From: Thermodesulfobacteriota bacterium
Lineage (GTDB): Bacteria > Desulfobacterota > Desulfarculia > JACQYL01
Length of the DNA: 64,000 bases
Assembly: GCA_963675595.2 (NCBI GenBank)
Contig: CAXXLZ010000002.1
Location: 2,880,001 to 2,944,000 of the forward strand
Direction: 5' to 3'
Positions 13,651-23,506 of the stretch are shown one piece after another. The translations under genes and the position numbers were made by a program. The notes beneath the pieces were generated by a model. The model was not told the origin of the DNA, did not search any database, and saw nothing but the letters and a program-made list of their open reading frames with translations. Position 1 is the first letter of the stretch; the number at the start of each line of letters is the position of its first letter.

Positions 13651-14097
13651 ATGCACTCCGGATCGAGGGGCCATGATATCCTCCTTTTCCCCGGTCATCG
13701 CTTCGATTTCATTGCTCCCGCCGTTGTTCCGCACCCAATTTGAGTACTTATAACGGACAATTTGAGAAGCTCCGGCCCGCTCTGCTCGCCGCTTTCTTCA
13801 CCTCTCCTCCCTTCCATCTCTTCCCCCAATTCCCAATTCATTCTTTCCTTTTCCGCCGAATCACGTTGAGAATGAACTCAATCACCATCCTTTTCCAACG
13901 AAAGGAGCACAAGGTGGGTGCCATGGTTCGAGAAGAGACTCGGCCGAGGCTGGTTGAGCTGGGCGCCGTTCGGGGCCCAATGCAGGAAGGGATGTGGCAC
14001 CTCCGCGAGACGCACCTCAGGGAATCAAGCCTCTGGAGGGGCTGCTGTCCCAGTCGGTCAATTCTCCGAGGGGCGAATCGCAGCGGGCAGGACCAAA

Positions 14098-14138
14098 GCC
14101 GTCGGGCATGCGATACGCGAGCGCATCCTCCCGACGGC
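14098..14138. terminator. Hairpin downstream of the SBBP-repeat gene
   Basis: GCCGTCGGG...CCCGACGGC arms with inner ATGCG/CGCAT pairing; no clear U tract. Confidence 0.4.
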
Positions 14139-14157
14139 CGGGTCCGGATTCTTCGGC

Positions 14158-17049
14158 TTAAGCGGACTTCGTTGTTCGCAAGAGAAACATCCCGAAAAAT
14201 GCCGTCAGGATCGACAAGAAGAACATGCCGACGGGAGAGAGGGTGGATACTTGGGCCACGGCCGGTTTGGGCTCGGCGTAGCGCCCCGGCCCTCCCGGAT
14301 CCGTGATGGTGGAGGGGTCTCCGTCCGTGTCATAAGGTCCACCTTCCTTGAGTACGAAGACGATCCTGGTCTTGCCGGGCACTGAGGTATGATCCACTTC
14401 CACGGCCAAGTTCACCCAGGATTGGGTAGAACGATTCCATTTGAAATAGCCTGTAATGGAAGGATCATAGGAAACCAAGACTTCCATGGTCACTTCCTCC
14501 CCCGCCGCAACTCCGTGGACCTCGTAATGGAACACGCCGAAGGGCATGTAGATGTAGTCCGGTACGCCGGCTTCGGCCGGGGACTGCGCCGTCACGTTTT
14601 TGAGGCTGGTTCCGCCGTTTGTTCCGGCGTCCAGAGTAGCGTAATCCCGGTGGTCATAGGTTTCGAGCGAAGCGACATCGGGCTGGTCCTTGTCCGGGAT
14701 GCCGTCTCCGTTGCCGTCTCCCGTGCCGCCTCCGGGAGTGGGCACCCCGTTTTCCTCCCGGGAATCCACCCCGTCCCCGTCATCCCCCGTGGTGAAATCG
14801 ACCTCGCTGCCGTAGGAAGTCCCTGCGGCATTGATTGCATAGGCCCGGACATAATATTGGGTCTCCGTAGACAGCCCGATGAGGGAACTGATGAAGGAGC
14901 CCGTGCCGGCGCCGTCCGTGGTTTTATGGTCGCTGGTATCGGGGTTGCCGGTAGTGTTCCAGCACACGCCCCTGGCGGTGACTTCCGCACCGCCGTCATC
15001 AGTGACGTTGCCGCCGGAAGCAGCCGAGGTGCTTGTGATGGATGAGGCTTCGGTGGTGGTCACCGTGGGCGGCGCCGGATCAGACAATTTAAGGACAAAT
15101 ATGTCGAAGTCCCCACTCTGCGCATGGCTGGGTTCCGTCCCGTCGAAATCCCAGGATGAGTGGCTGTCGCCTGCCACGTATACCCCATCCCCTGAAACCA
15201 CAATGCCCCGTGAACCGTCAACGTCCGCCGACCCGTAAAAACCATGCCACCGGTAGTTCCCACCGGCGTCCAGCTTGAGGACAAATAAGTCGAAGTCCCC
15301 ACTGTGGGCATGTGTGGGTTCCGTCCCGCCTACATTCCAGGATGTGCCGCTGTATCCTGTTATATAGGCCCCATCGCTTCTAACCGCTATTCCACGGCCT
15401 TCGTCAAAATAGCTTTCCGACCCGTAAAAAGTATGCCACTGGTAGTTCCCGTCCGTGTCCAGCTTGAGAACCACTATGTCGTCATACCCGCCGTAGGCAT
15501 GGATCGGCTCCGTCCCATCTACGGTCCAGGATGCGTAGCTTTGGCCGGTTACGTAGACCTCATCAATTGTGGTCGCTATGCCGGAGCCGAAGTCAAAAGT
15601 GCTTCCCGATCCGTAAAAAGTATGCCATTGGTAATTCCCGTTGGTGTCCAGTTTGAGGACCACGATGTCGCTAGGCCCGCTGTAGGGGTGCTTGGGTTGC
15701 GTCCCGTCTGCATTCCAGGTTGCGTAGCTGTTTCCGGTTACGTAGACCCCGTTGCCTGTGGCCGTGATGCCGTTGCCTTCGTCAAAATTACCCTCTGATC
15801 CGTAAAAGGTATGCCACTGATAGTTGCCGTCCGCGTCCAGCTTGAGAACCACGATGTCACGTTCCCCGCCGAAGGCATGCTTGGGTTCCGTCCCGCTTGC
15901 GGTCCAGGTTGCGTCACTGTATCCGGTTACATAAATCCCGTCGCTTGTGGCCGAGATGCCGAGCCCTTCATTGCTTTCCCACTCGGAACTCCCTGCTCCG
16001 TAAAAAGTATGCCACTGGTAGTTCCCGTCGGCGTCCAGCTTGAGAACCACGATATCCTGAAACCCACTGTAGGCGTGTTTAGGCTCCGTCCCGTTTACGG
16101 TCCAGGTTGCCTTGCTGTATCCCGTTACATAAACCCCATCGCTTGTGGCCGCGATACCTCTGCCGGAGTCCTCATATGCCGATCCGTAAAAGGTATGCCA
16201 CTGGTAGTTCCCGTCGGCGTCCAGTTTGATGATCACGATGTCGTCATTCCCGCCGGGATGGATGGGCGCTCTCCCATCCATGTCCCAGGGTCTAAGGCTG
16301 AGCCCCGCTACATAGACCCCATCCCCTGAAACCGCGATGCCAAAGCCGAAGTCTAATCTGGATGCACCAAAAAAAGTATGCCACTGGTAGGTGGGGTCAA
16401 TCATGAGGGGGTAGTTCGAATCCCAAGATCCCAGGACAAATCCCACGGTCCGATCCTCATACTTCTTGAATGCGACGTCCACGGAAACCTTCCTCCCGTC
16501 GACCTCCTGCCACGCCCTCGGCCTGCTCAGAGTGAAATACCCCCTGTTGGTCGCCCGCAGCAATCGAAGCTCACCGTCCTCCCGGATTTTCAAATCCATG
16601 TTGTAGCGAATCCGGATCTTTTCCGGATCGGCTCCGGGATCGACCAGTTAGACGCTTTCCGCAAGTCCCCCTGAAACCCGATCATAGCGCACCGTTATTC
16701 CTTTCCAAAGCCCCGCATAGGTCACCCCATGGAAGCCGGGAGCACCCTTCTCCCTTTTTTCGGATTCGGGGCCCTGTTCTTTCTCTGTTGCCGGGGCCGC
16801 CGACGGCGGAACACCCGATGTACCCACAAACTCTTCGATCAGGGCGTAGCCGAGCCCGACCATATAGACCTTCTGAGGAGTGAAGCCCAGGACATGCCCG
16901 CCCGACTGGAACTGGAGGATATCACCCTGATCGGCGGGAAGAGAAACGGCCTTATTGGGAACCACCGCCCGGGCAATGCCGGAACCGCTTAGGATAACAA
17001 CCAAAATAAGGGAAAAGACCCATGCCGTGCGCACCCCCAAATGCCTCAT
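14158..17049 (-). pseudogene. Large surface protein (signal peptide, SBBP beta-propeller, FN3-like, choice-of-anchor U-like, IPTL-CTERM-like) interrupted by one in-frame TAA
   Basis: ORFs 16648..17163 and 14158..16599 share a frame: GGLAESV*LVDPGADPEKIRIRYNMDL; TAA at 16650-16648; ends VSTLSPVGMFFLSILTAFFGMFLLRTTKSA. Confidence 0.85.
15080..16389 (-). repeat. Seven intragenic tandem repeats of 183-198 bp (SBBP propeller blades)
   Basis: ATGCCA anchor (WH codons) at 16378, 16195, 16009, 15811, 15622, 15433, 15244; unit YQWHTFYGS...GVYVTG...DIVVLKLD.DGN. Confidence 0.9.
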
Positions 17050-17348
17050 GCCTCGCCCTTTCATCCTATTCAAGATACTTCCGTATCCGGACCTCGGAGG
17101 TGAATCGTATGAGCCGTCCGCTTTCCAGGATGCAGCGTTTGCGTAAAATCGTTGCGTATCCATGGCGGCTTGTTTTGCTTTCCACCCCTGTTTGTCCGGC
17201 CGGGTAAAATCGCCCCATCGTGCAGGCGCACGGGTTCCTCTTGCGGGCGCGGGAACCGAAGGGGATTTGCTCCGCTCCCGGCTCAGTCAACGGGACGAGA
17301 GATGTTGACTCTGCGATTTGAAAGGTAACAAGGAGCAGCGATCTTGTA

Positions 17349-17468
17349 TGCAATGGGAACCACTTACATGTTTGCACGGGAACACCCCTACACGCTTGCA
17401 AGGGAATTCCCTTTCACGTCTGTGAGGGTAATCCCTTACGGGCGTGTAAGTAGATCCCGTTGCATACA
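17349..17468. repeat. Five tandem 24-bp units, each a degenerate 20-bp palindrome (putative operator array)
   Basis: Units begin at 17349, 17373, 17397, 17421, 17445; consensus about TGYAAGGGAATTCCCTTACA plus 4 nt. Confidence 0.75.
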
Positions 17469-17591
17469 AATCTGAGGGTCCCTGCTAGGGTACATACTCT
17501 AGGATATCCGTCCTGAGGTTACTTCGAAGGGGTAGCAAGCACTGACGCAGGATTTAGGTGGGCTTGGAAACAATGAGGAGGAGCTTGTGCT

Positions 17592-19070
17592 ATGAATCCA
17601 AAAGGGTGGAGGCTCGCAGGCGCGGTTGCGGTATCAGTCGTTTCGGTCTTCTTGGTGACTTCGGTTTGGGCCGGCACGGTAACGAGCCTAAATGACGGTG
17701 GCCCTGGGTCACTGCGACAAGCTATTGCCGACGCCGTTTCCGGAGAGACCATCGATTTTGCCGTCACGGGCACCATCACCCTGACGAGCGGAGAACTCTC
17801 CATCGACAAAGACCTCACCATCACCGGACCCGGCGAGAGTCAACTTACCATAAACGGCAACAATAACAGCCGCGTATTCTATGTTGGCACCTTCACAGTG
17901 ACCATCTCCGGCTTGACCATTACGGAAGGCTACACGAACGGCAATGCCGGCGGCATCTTCAACCTTGCAGGAACCCTGACCCTGACCAATTGCACCGTGA
18001 GCGGCAATAATGCCGACGCCGCCGCCGGCGGCATCTACAACCTTTTTGGAACCCTGAGCCTAACGAATTGCACCGTGAGCGGCAATAATGCCCACGGCTC
18101 CTATGGCGGCGGCATCTACAACCTTGGAGGAACTCTGACCCTGACCAATTGTACCGTGAGCGGCAATACGGCGGGAAATGACGGAGGCGGCATAGACAAC
18201 TATGACGGAGATGCGACCCTTGCCGACTGCACCATCAGCGGTAATTCGGCAGCCGGCCACCGCGGCGGCGGCATCGAGCACTATGAAGGGACTATGACGC
18301 TCACAAACTGCACCGTCAGCGGCAATACGGCCGCCATAGGCGGCGGCATCCACGACTTCTATCAAAACACGACGCTCACAAACTGCACCGTCAGCGGCAA
18401 TACGGCCGTCGTAGGCGGCGGCATCGCAGCCCAACAAGAAGGAGTCGTCAGTTTCAAGAACACCATCATCGCCGACAACAGCGACACAAACGGTGCACCC
18501 GACTGCTGGGTCGATCCCATAGGCACATATACACTAAAATCCTACGGCTTCAGCCTGGTTGAAGACACCAGCGGCTGCAGAATCTCTGAAGAAGCCAACC
18601 CCGGCACCGACATCACCGGACAGGACCCCAACCTCGGACCCCTTCAGAACAACGGCGGCTCCACGGAAACCCAGGCACTTCTCGAGGGAAGCCCCGCCAT
18701 TGAGGCCGCCCTCGACTGCACCCTCATTGACGGCACATCGCCCGTGACGGAAGACCAGCGCGGAGTATCCCGGCCTCAGGGAGACTACTGCGACATTGGA
18801 GCATATGAAAGCCCTGCAGGCGCCTGCTGCTTCGATGATGAATCGTGCCAAGAACTTTTTGAGACGGAATGCATTTCCGCGGGCGGCACCTATCAAGGAG
18901 ACGTCACGGACTGTGGCGGCGGAACGTGCAGCCAGGCGGTGCCGCCGCCTCTCGAACGGCCTCTGACCACGACCGTCCCGACACTTTCCCCATTTGGAGA
19001 TTTTCTTTTTGTCCTGGTTCTGGGCGTTCTCGGAACGAGCATGGTTCTCCTTCGCAAGCGCAAGGGTTGA
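17592..19070 (+). CDS. Beta-helix surface protein (choice-of-anchor Q-like) with IPTL-CTERM-like tail
   Basis: Signal peptide, DGGPGSLRQAI, six TL(T/A)(N/D)CT(V/I)SGN..GGGI repeats, LGPLQNNGG...GSPAI...DQRG..CDIGAYE, GACC module, VPTLS + TM + RKRK. Confidence 0.9.
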   Translation: MNPKGWRLAGAVAVSVVSVFLVTSVWAGTVTSLNDGGPGSLRQAIADAVSGETIDFAVTGTITLTSGELSIDKDLTITGPGESQLTINGNNNSRVFYVGTFTVTISGLTITEGYTNGNAGGIFNLAGTLTLTNCTVSGNNADAAAGGIYNLFGTLSLTNCTVSGNNAHGSYGGGIYNLGGTLTLTNCTVSGNTAGNDGGGIDNYDGDATLADCTISGNSAAGHRGGGIEHYEGTMTLTNCTVSGNTAAIGGGIHDFYQNTTLTNCTVSGNTAVVGGGIAAQQEGVVSFKNTIIADNSDTNGAPDCWVDPIGTYTLKSYGFSLVEDTSGCRISEEANPGTDITGQDPNLGPLQNNGGSTETQALLEGSPAIEAALDCTLIDGTSPVTEDQRGVSRPQGDYCDIGAYESPAGACCFDDESCQELFETECISAGGTYQGDVTDCGGGTCSQAVPPPLERPLTTTVPTLSPFGDFLFVLVLGVLGTSMVLLRKRKG

Positions 19071-19409
19071 ATCCTAGCTTTGACTATGGATGATGCATAA
19101 GCTGAACGGCCGCTGCGTTCCATTCTGAGCGGAAATTGCAGAACAAAATTGGAGAAAGCGGCCGAATAGAAGCCATGAGGCAAACATGGTCGTCCTGCGA
19201 AGCTGAATGAATCTGAAAAACGGAACTCTTTTCGGTAAGGGCGCCGATCAGGGGGAGCCGAGTTCCTGCGGCACAGCCTTTGCAAAAGTAAGCCCCACAA
19301 AGTATAGAAAAGAAGTAGACACAATCTCTCAAATTCAATAGGGACGCAACAGAGTTTTCCCCCATATCGCTCGACTTCTGCATGGGACTCACCGAAACAG
19401 GATGAGGAA

Positions 19410-20537
19410 ATGAAACTCATCGGACGGCTCCCATTCAAAGTTACCTGCCTCTTTGTTCTCCTCGGCCTGCTTTCGGGTGCCTGCAGCCCGCCCGAGCCGA
19501 TAATCCTGGGCTTCTTGGGCGGCCTCACAGGCCGAGTGGCCGATTTGGGTATCGCAGCGCGCGACGGCGTGCAGATTGCCGTAGACCGGTGCAACCAAGC
19601 CGGCGGCGTGAACGGGCGCAAAGTGATCCTGCTGGTCATGGACGACAAGCACGACGCCCCGACCGCCCGGCAAGCCGCCAAAAACCTAATCGACCAGGGA
19701 GCGAGCGCGATCATCGGCCCCACGACCAGTGCCATGGCCGTAGCCGTGACTCCGGTCGTGAACGACGCCAAGGTTGTTTGTCTGAGCCCGACCGCCACCA
19801 CCGAAGACCTCTCCGGCAAGGACGACTACTTCCTGCGGGTGACAAGCACCACCAAGCTTTTTGCCGCCACCAACGCGAACTACCAGCTGAAGACCAAAAG
19901 GATGCGACGCGTGGCGGCGGCTTATGACCTGGGCAACCGGAGCTTCAGCGAAAACTGGATCAACAATTTCGCCGCCGCCTTGGAGAAAGGCGGCGGCGCG
20001 CTGGTAGCCAAGAAGGGCTTCACATCGGGCGAGATGACCAGCTACGCCAAGTTCGCGGCAGAGTTGCTGGCCGCCAAGCCGGACGGAGTGGTAATAGCGG
20101 CGAACGCCATGGACTCCTCGTTGCTTTGCCAGCAAATCCGAAAGCTGGACTCCCACCTACCCATAACCCTGGCGGACTGGGCGGCCCAGGAGCGCCTCAT
20201 CGAGCTGGGAGGCAAAGCGGTGGAAGGCGTCACCGTGATCCAGACCTTTGACCGGGACAACAAGTCTCCCCGCTACCAGGAGTTTCGCAACGTCTACAAG
20301 GGGCGTTTCGGCCGGGAACCCGGCTTCGCCGGCGTATATGCTTACGATGCCGCCAAGCTGGTGCTTGACGCGTTGTCCCGCAGGACCGGGAACGAGACTT
20401 TGAAGCAGGCTATTTTGTCTTCGCCGCGATATGAAGGGTTGCAGGGCGAACGCACAATGACCCCATTCGGCGATGTAGACAATTTGAAGTGCTCCATCAG
20501 CATGGTCAAGGACGGCCGTTTCGTGGTGTTGGAATAG
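19410..20537 (+). CDS. Branched-chain amino acid-type periplasmic binding lipoprotein
   Basis: SGAC lipobox-like, GGVNGRKV.L...DD, IIGPTTS, AYDA motifs of the LivJ/K fold. Confidence 0.9.
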   Translation: MKLIGRLPFKVTCLFVLLGLLSGACSPPEPIILGFLGGLTGRVADLGIAARDGVQIAVDRCNQAGGVNGRKVILLVMDDKHDAPTARQAAKNLIDQGASAIIGPTTSAMAVAVTPVVNDAKVVCLSPTATTEDLSGKDDYFLRVTSTTKLFAATNANYQLKTKRMRRVAAAYDLGNRSFSENWINNFAAALEKGGGALVAKKGFTSGEMTSYAKFAAELLAAKPDGVVIAANAMDSSLLCQQIRKLDSHLPITLADWAAQERLIELGGKAVEGVTVIQTFDRDNKSPRYQEFRNVYKGRFGREPGFAGVYAYDAAKLVLDALSRRTGNETLKQAILSSPRYEGLQGERTMTPFGDVDNLKCSISMVKDGRFVVLE

Positions 20538-20540
20538 CCG

Positions 20541-23132
20541 ATGCGGACGAAGACCCTGGCTCATAGGCTGCAGATGCTGGTGGCCCTGGTGGCGTTGTTC
20601 CCCCTGATCATCGTGGCCGCTCCGGCCCTTTTCCATCTGCTTCCACAAACCCAGGAAGATATCAGCCGCCACCACGAGGAAATGGCCCTCTCCGTGGCAT
20701 TCCAGATCGTAGACCATCTGCAGGGAGCCGAAAGAGAGCTTCTATCCCTGGCCGACATGCTGCGGCGGCAAGCAGGGACGCCCACCCGCCTGCTGGACGG
20801 CATCCTGGACAGCCATGTGGGCGGCGGCGAGTTCTTCACCGCCATGTACCTATCCTCGCACGCGGACATGGTTATCGGCGTGGGCCTGCCCGTCGGGCAA
20901 AGAGACCGGCGCCCCGACCTGCTGGGCATAGACCTGTCCCGCCGCTGGTTCATCCAAAAGGTCCGCAGCACCGGTAAGTCCGTTTGGTCGGACTCTTTCC
21001 TTTCAACCGTCAGCGGAAAGCTGGCCGTGGACTATGCCGTACCCATGAACGAACAGATACTGGTGGGAGAGATCTCAGCCGGGCGGCTGACGAAGTATGT
21101 CAGCGGCATCCCGGCCCAGTCCCGGCAGGCCATCGTCGTACTGGACGGTCAGGGGCAGGCCATTGCCTATACCCAAGAGGCGTTCGCCGGACATCACCTC
21201 GACTTGGTGCAATCGGACACGGACACCTTCTGGGCGGAGCTCTTTTCCGGCCGGGACGTGAAAGTCTTCGAGCTTTCGGGCAGGAGGTACATCTTCACCG
21301 AGGTGCCGATAAAAAGGCTGGGCTGGAACATCGTTGTGGCCCAGCTTCTTGAGGAAGCACTGAAACCGCTGGTGTCCACGCTGTGGGTGCTGGGCATCGG
21401 AATGCTCACCGCGTTGGCGACCTCGATTTTGGCGGGATGGCTGTTGGCGCGCAAGCCGGCGAGAGACTTCTCCTTACTGGCCGACCAAGCCCGTGCCATC
21501 GCTCAAGGCGATTACAGCCGCGCTTGGCCCGACTCGTCGATCCGCGAGTTCAGAGACTTGAAGGGCGACCTGCAAAAGATGTCATCAGCCATCAGACAAC
21601 GCGAAGAGGATCTGGCTGAGAGCGAAGCCAGGCTGCTCAAGGCCCAGAGCGTAGGCCACGTGGGAAGCTGGGAATTGAACCCGGCCGACGGGGCGATTTG
21701 GAGCTCGGCGGAGGCCTTCCGTATCTATGGCCTACCTCAAAACGAGACCCGGACCATGAGTATGGAAGAAGTAATGAGCATCCCGCTGCCCGAGGAGCGA
21801 GAGCCATTTAAGAAGGCGCTCGACGATCTTCTTTCCAATGGAAAGCCGCTCGATCTCGAATACGCAATAAGGCGAGTGTCCGACAATGAGGTGCGTTACG
21901 TGCACACCAAGGCGGAGCCGACCTTTTCGGCCGACGACCGGCCGGAGAAGGCAATCGGCACGGTCCAGGACGTCACCGAGCGCAAAGAGCTGGAGCAACA
22001 GCTCCTGCACTCGCAAAAGATGGAGGCCGTCGGCATGTTGGCCGGCGGAGTGGCCCACGACTTCAACAACATGCTGGCTGTGATTTTGGGTTACACCGAA
22101 TTAATGCGCCTGCGGATGCCGCCGGATGCCCCCTACTACGAAAAGCTGACGGAGATAGAAAAGGCGGCCGTGCGCTCCAGGGATATCACCCGTCAGCTCC
22201 TGGCATTTTCACGCAAGCAGATCATAGCCCCCAGCCCCCAAAACCTCACCGCCATTGTTAAGGACACCTTGAAGACCCTGACACGACTCATCGGCGAGGA
22301 CGTCAGGTTGACCTTTAAGCCGGTGGAGGACACCTGGCTTGTCAAAGTGGATCCCTCGCAGGTCGACCAGATATTGGTGAACCTGGCCGTCAACGCCCGC
22401 GACGCCATGACGGCGGGGGGAGACCTGATGATCGAGCTGTCCAACGTCATCCTGGACGAAGGATTCTGTCGGCATCACTCCGAGGCCAAACCGGGCCATT
22501 ACGTCATGCTGGCAATGAGCGACACCGGCCACGGCATGGACCGCGTCACCATGAGACGCATATTCGAGCCGTTCTTCACCACCAAAGAGGTCGGCAAGGG
22601 AACCGGCCTCGGGTTGGCCACCGTCTATGGAATCGTCAAGCAAAATGGTGGATTCCTTACCGTGTACAGCGAGGTGGGCCAGGGAACGACTTTCCGTATC
22701 TACCTTCCGCGTTTCCAGGGCCAAAAGCAGGCCGAAGCGACCGCGGGCACGCTTATTCCTGAACCCGGCGCCGGCGACATATTGTTGGTGGAGGATGAAG
22801 ACCTGATGCGGCAGGTTGTGGCCTCGCAACTGGAAGTATTGGGCTACACGGTCACCTCCTTCAAGAGGCCGGAGGAGGCCGTCAAGCTGTGCCAAGAGAG
22901 TGGGTGCCGCTTTGACCTCTTGATCACCGATGTAATCATGCCGGGCATGAACGGCAAAGAGTTGCGCGACGCGATCAGGGCCGTCTATCCGGACATGGGA
23001 GTGCTTTTCATGTCCGGCTGCACCAGTGACGTCATCGTGCAGCGTGGTGTACTGGAACAGGGCGTACACTTTTTGGCCAAGCCCTTCAATCTTGGGGATC
23101 TGGCCCACAAAGTGCGGCAGGCCATGATTTGA
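20541..23132 (+). CDS. Hybrid sensor histidine kinase (Cache-like, HAMP, PAS, HisKA, HATPase, receiver)
   Basis: Two TM helices, GSWE PAS entry, QKMEAVGMLAGGVAHDFNN, NARDAM, FEPFFTTK, GTGLGL, LLITDVIMP. Confidence 0.93.
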   Translation: MRTKTLAHRLQMLVALVALFPLIIVAAPALFHLLPQTQEDISRHHEEMALSVAFQIVDHLQGAERELLSLADMLRRQAGTPTRLLDGILDSHVGGGEFFTAMYLSSHADMVIGVGLPVGQRDRRPDLLGIDLSRRWFIQKVRSTGKSVWSDSFLSTVSGKLAVDYAVPMNEQILVGEISAGRLTKYVSGIPAQSRQAIVVLDGQGQAIAYTQEAFAGHHLDLVQSDTDTFWAELFSGRDVKVFELSGRRYIFTEVPIKRLGWNIVVAQLLEEALKPLVSTLWVLGIGMLTALATSILAGWLLARKPARDFSLLADQARAIAQGDYSRAWPDSSIREFRDLKGDLQKMSSAIRQREEDLAESEARLLKAQSVGHVGSWELNPADGAIWSSAEAFRIYGLPQNETRTMSMEEVMSIPLPEEREPFKKALDDLLSNGKPLDLEYAIRRVSDNEVRYVHTKAEPTFSADDRPEKAIGTVQDVTERKELEQQLLHSQKMEAVGMLAGGVAHDFNNMLAVILGYTELMRLRMPPDAPYYEKLTEIEKAAVRSRDITRQLLAFSRKQIIAPSPQNLTAIVKDTLKTLTRLIGEDVRLTFKPVEDTWLVKVDPSQVDQILVNLAVNARDAMTAGGDLMIELSNVILDEGFCRHHSEAKPGHYVMLAMSDTGHGMDRVTMRRIFEPFFTTKEVGKGTGLGLATVYGIVKQNGGFLTVYSEVGQGTTFRIYLPRFQGQKQAEATAGTLIPEPGAGDILLVEDEDLMRQVVASQLEVLGYTVTSFKRPEEAVKLCQESGCRFDLLITDVIMPGMNGKELRDAIRAVYPDMGVLFMSGCTSDVIVQRGVLEQGVHFLAKPFNLGDLAHKVRQAMI

Positions 23133-23506
23133 TCAAAGCGCCGAGGACTTCTCGTAATGACGGCCCCAAATTGCCCCACTCCTGGTTCTGCTTACAGGTT
23201 TCCTAACCCGTCCTCACCGGGTGACGGGAGGAACATCGATATTTTCCTCGGAACAGTCGCTGTACAAATGAGAGATGCATTATTACGGGAGAAGCGAACT
23301 GCTCCTGTTTCATGTAAAAGGCATATTCGCTGCGTATCCTTTGTGATCCAATTAGAGGAACTCTATCCGCTTTTTCAGCCGAATCGAAATTGTCGCTACC
23401 CGCTGAGGGATCGAACATAAGCGTATTATCCCTTATTTCTTCCTTCTGAATGGAACTGCATGCCGACTGGTTGAAATTACATACCCGATTCAAACTGTCC
23501 CATAAT

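Noticed and set aside
13740-14306. 188-aa ORF after the tRNA
   Set aside because: No recognisable motif; it runs through a hairpin into the convergent gene. It could be a decayed small gene.
16648-16650. Selenocysteine or pyrrolysine recoding, or a programmed frameshift
   Set aside because: The codon is TAA and both halves are in the same frame.
17170-17340. c-di-GMP riboswitch (also near 19340)
   Set aside because: GGGACG-like words are present but the GCAAAC...GAAA P2 arm is missing.
17349-17468. CRISPR array
   Set aside because: Gaps are only 4 nt, the repeats are degenerate and there are no cas genes.
23133-23506. Gene in the lower-GC spacer between the hybrid kinase and the peptidase
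   Set aside because: Only short ORFs with no recognisable motif.
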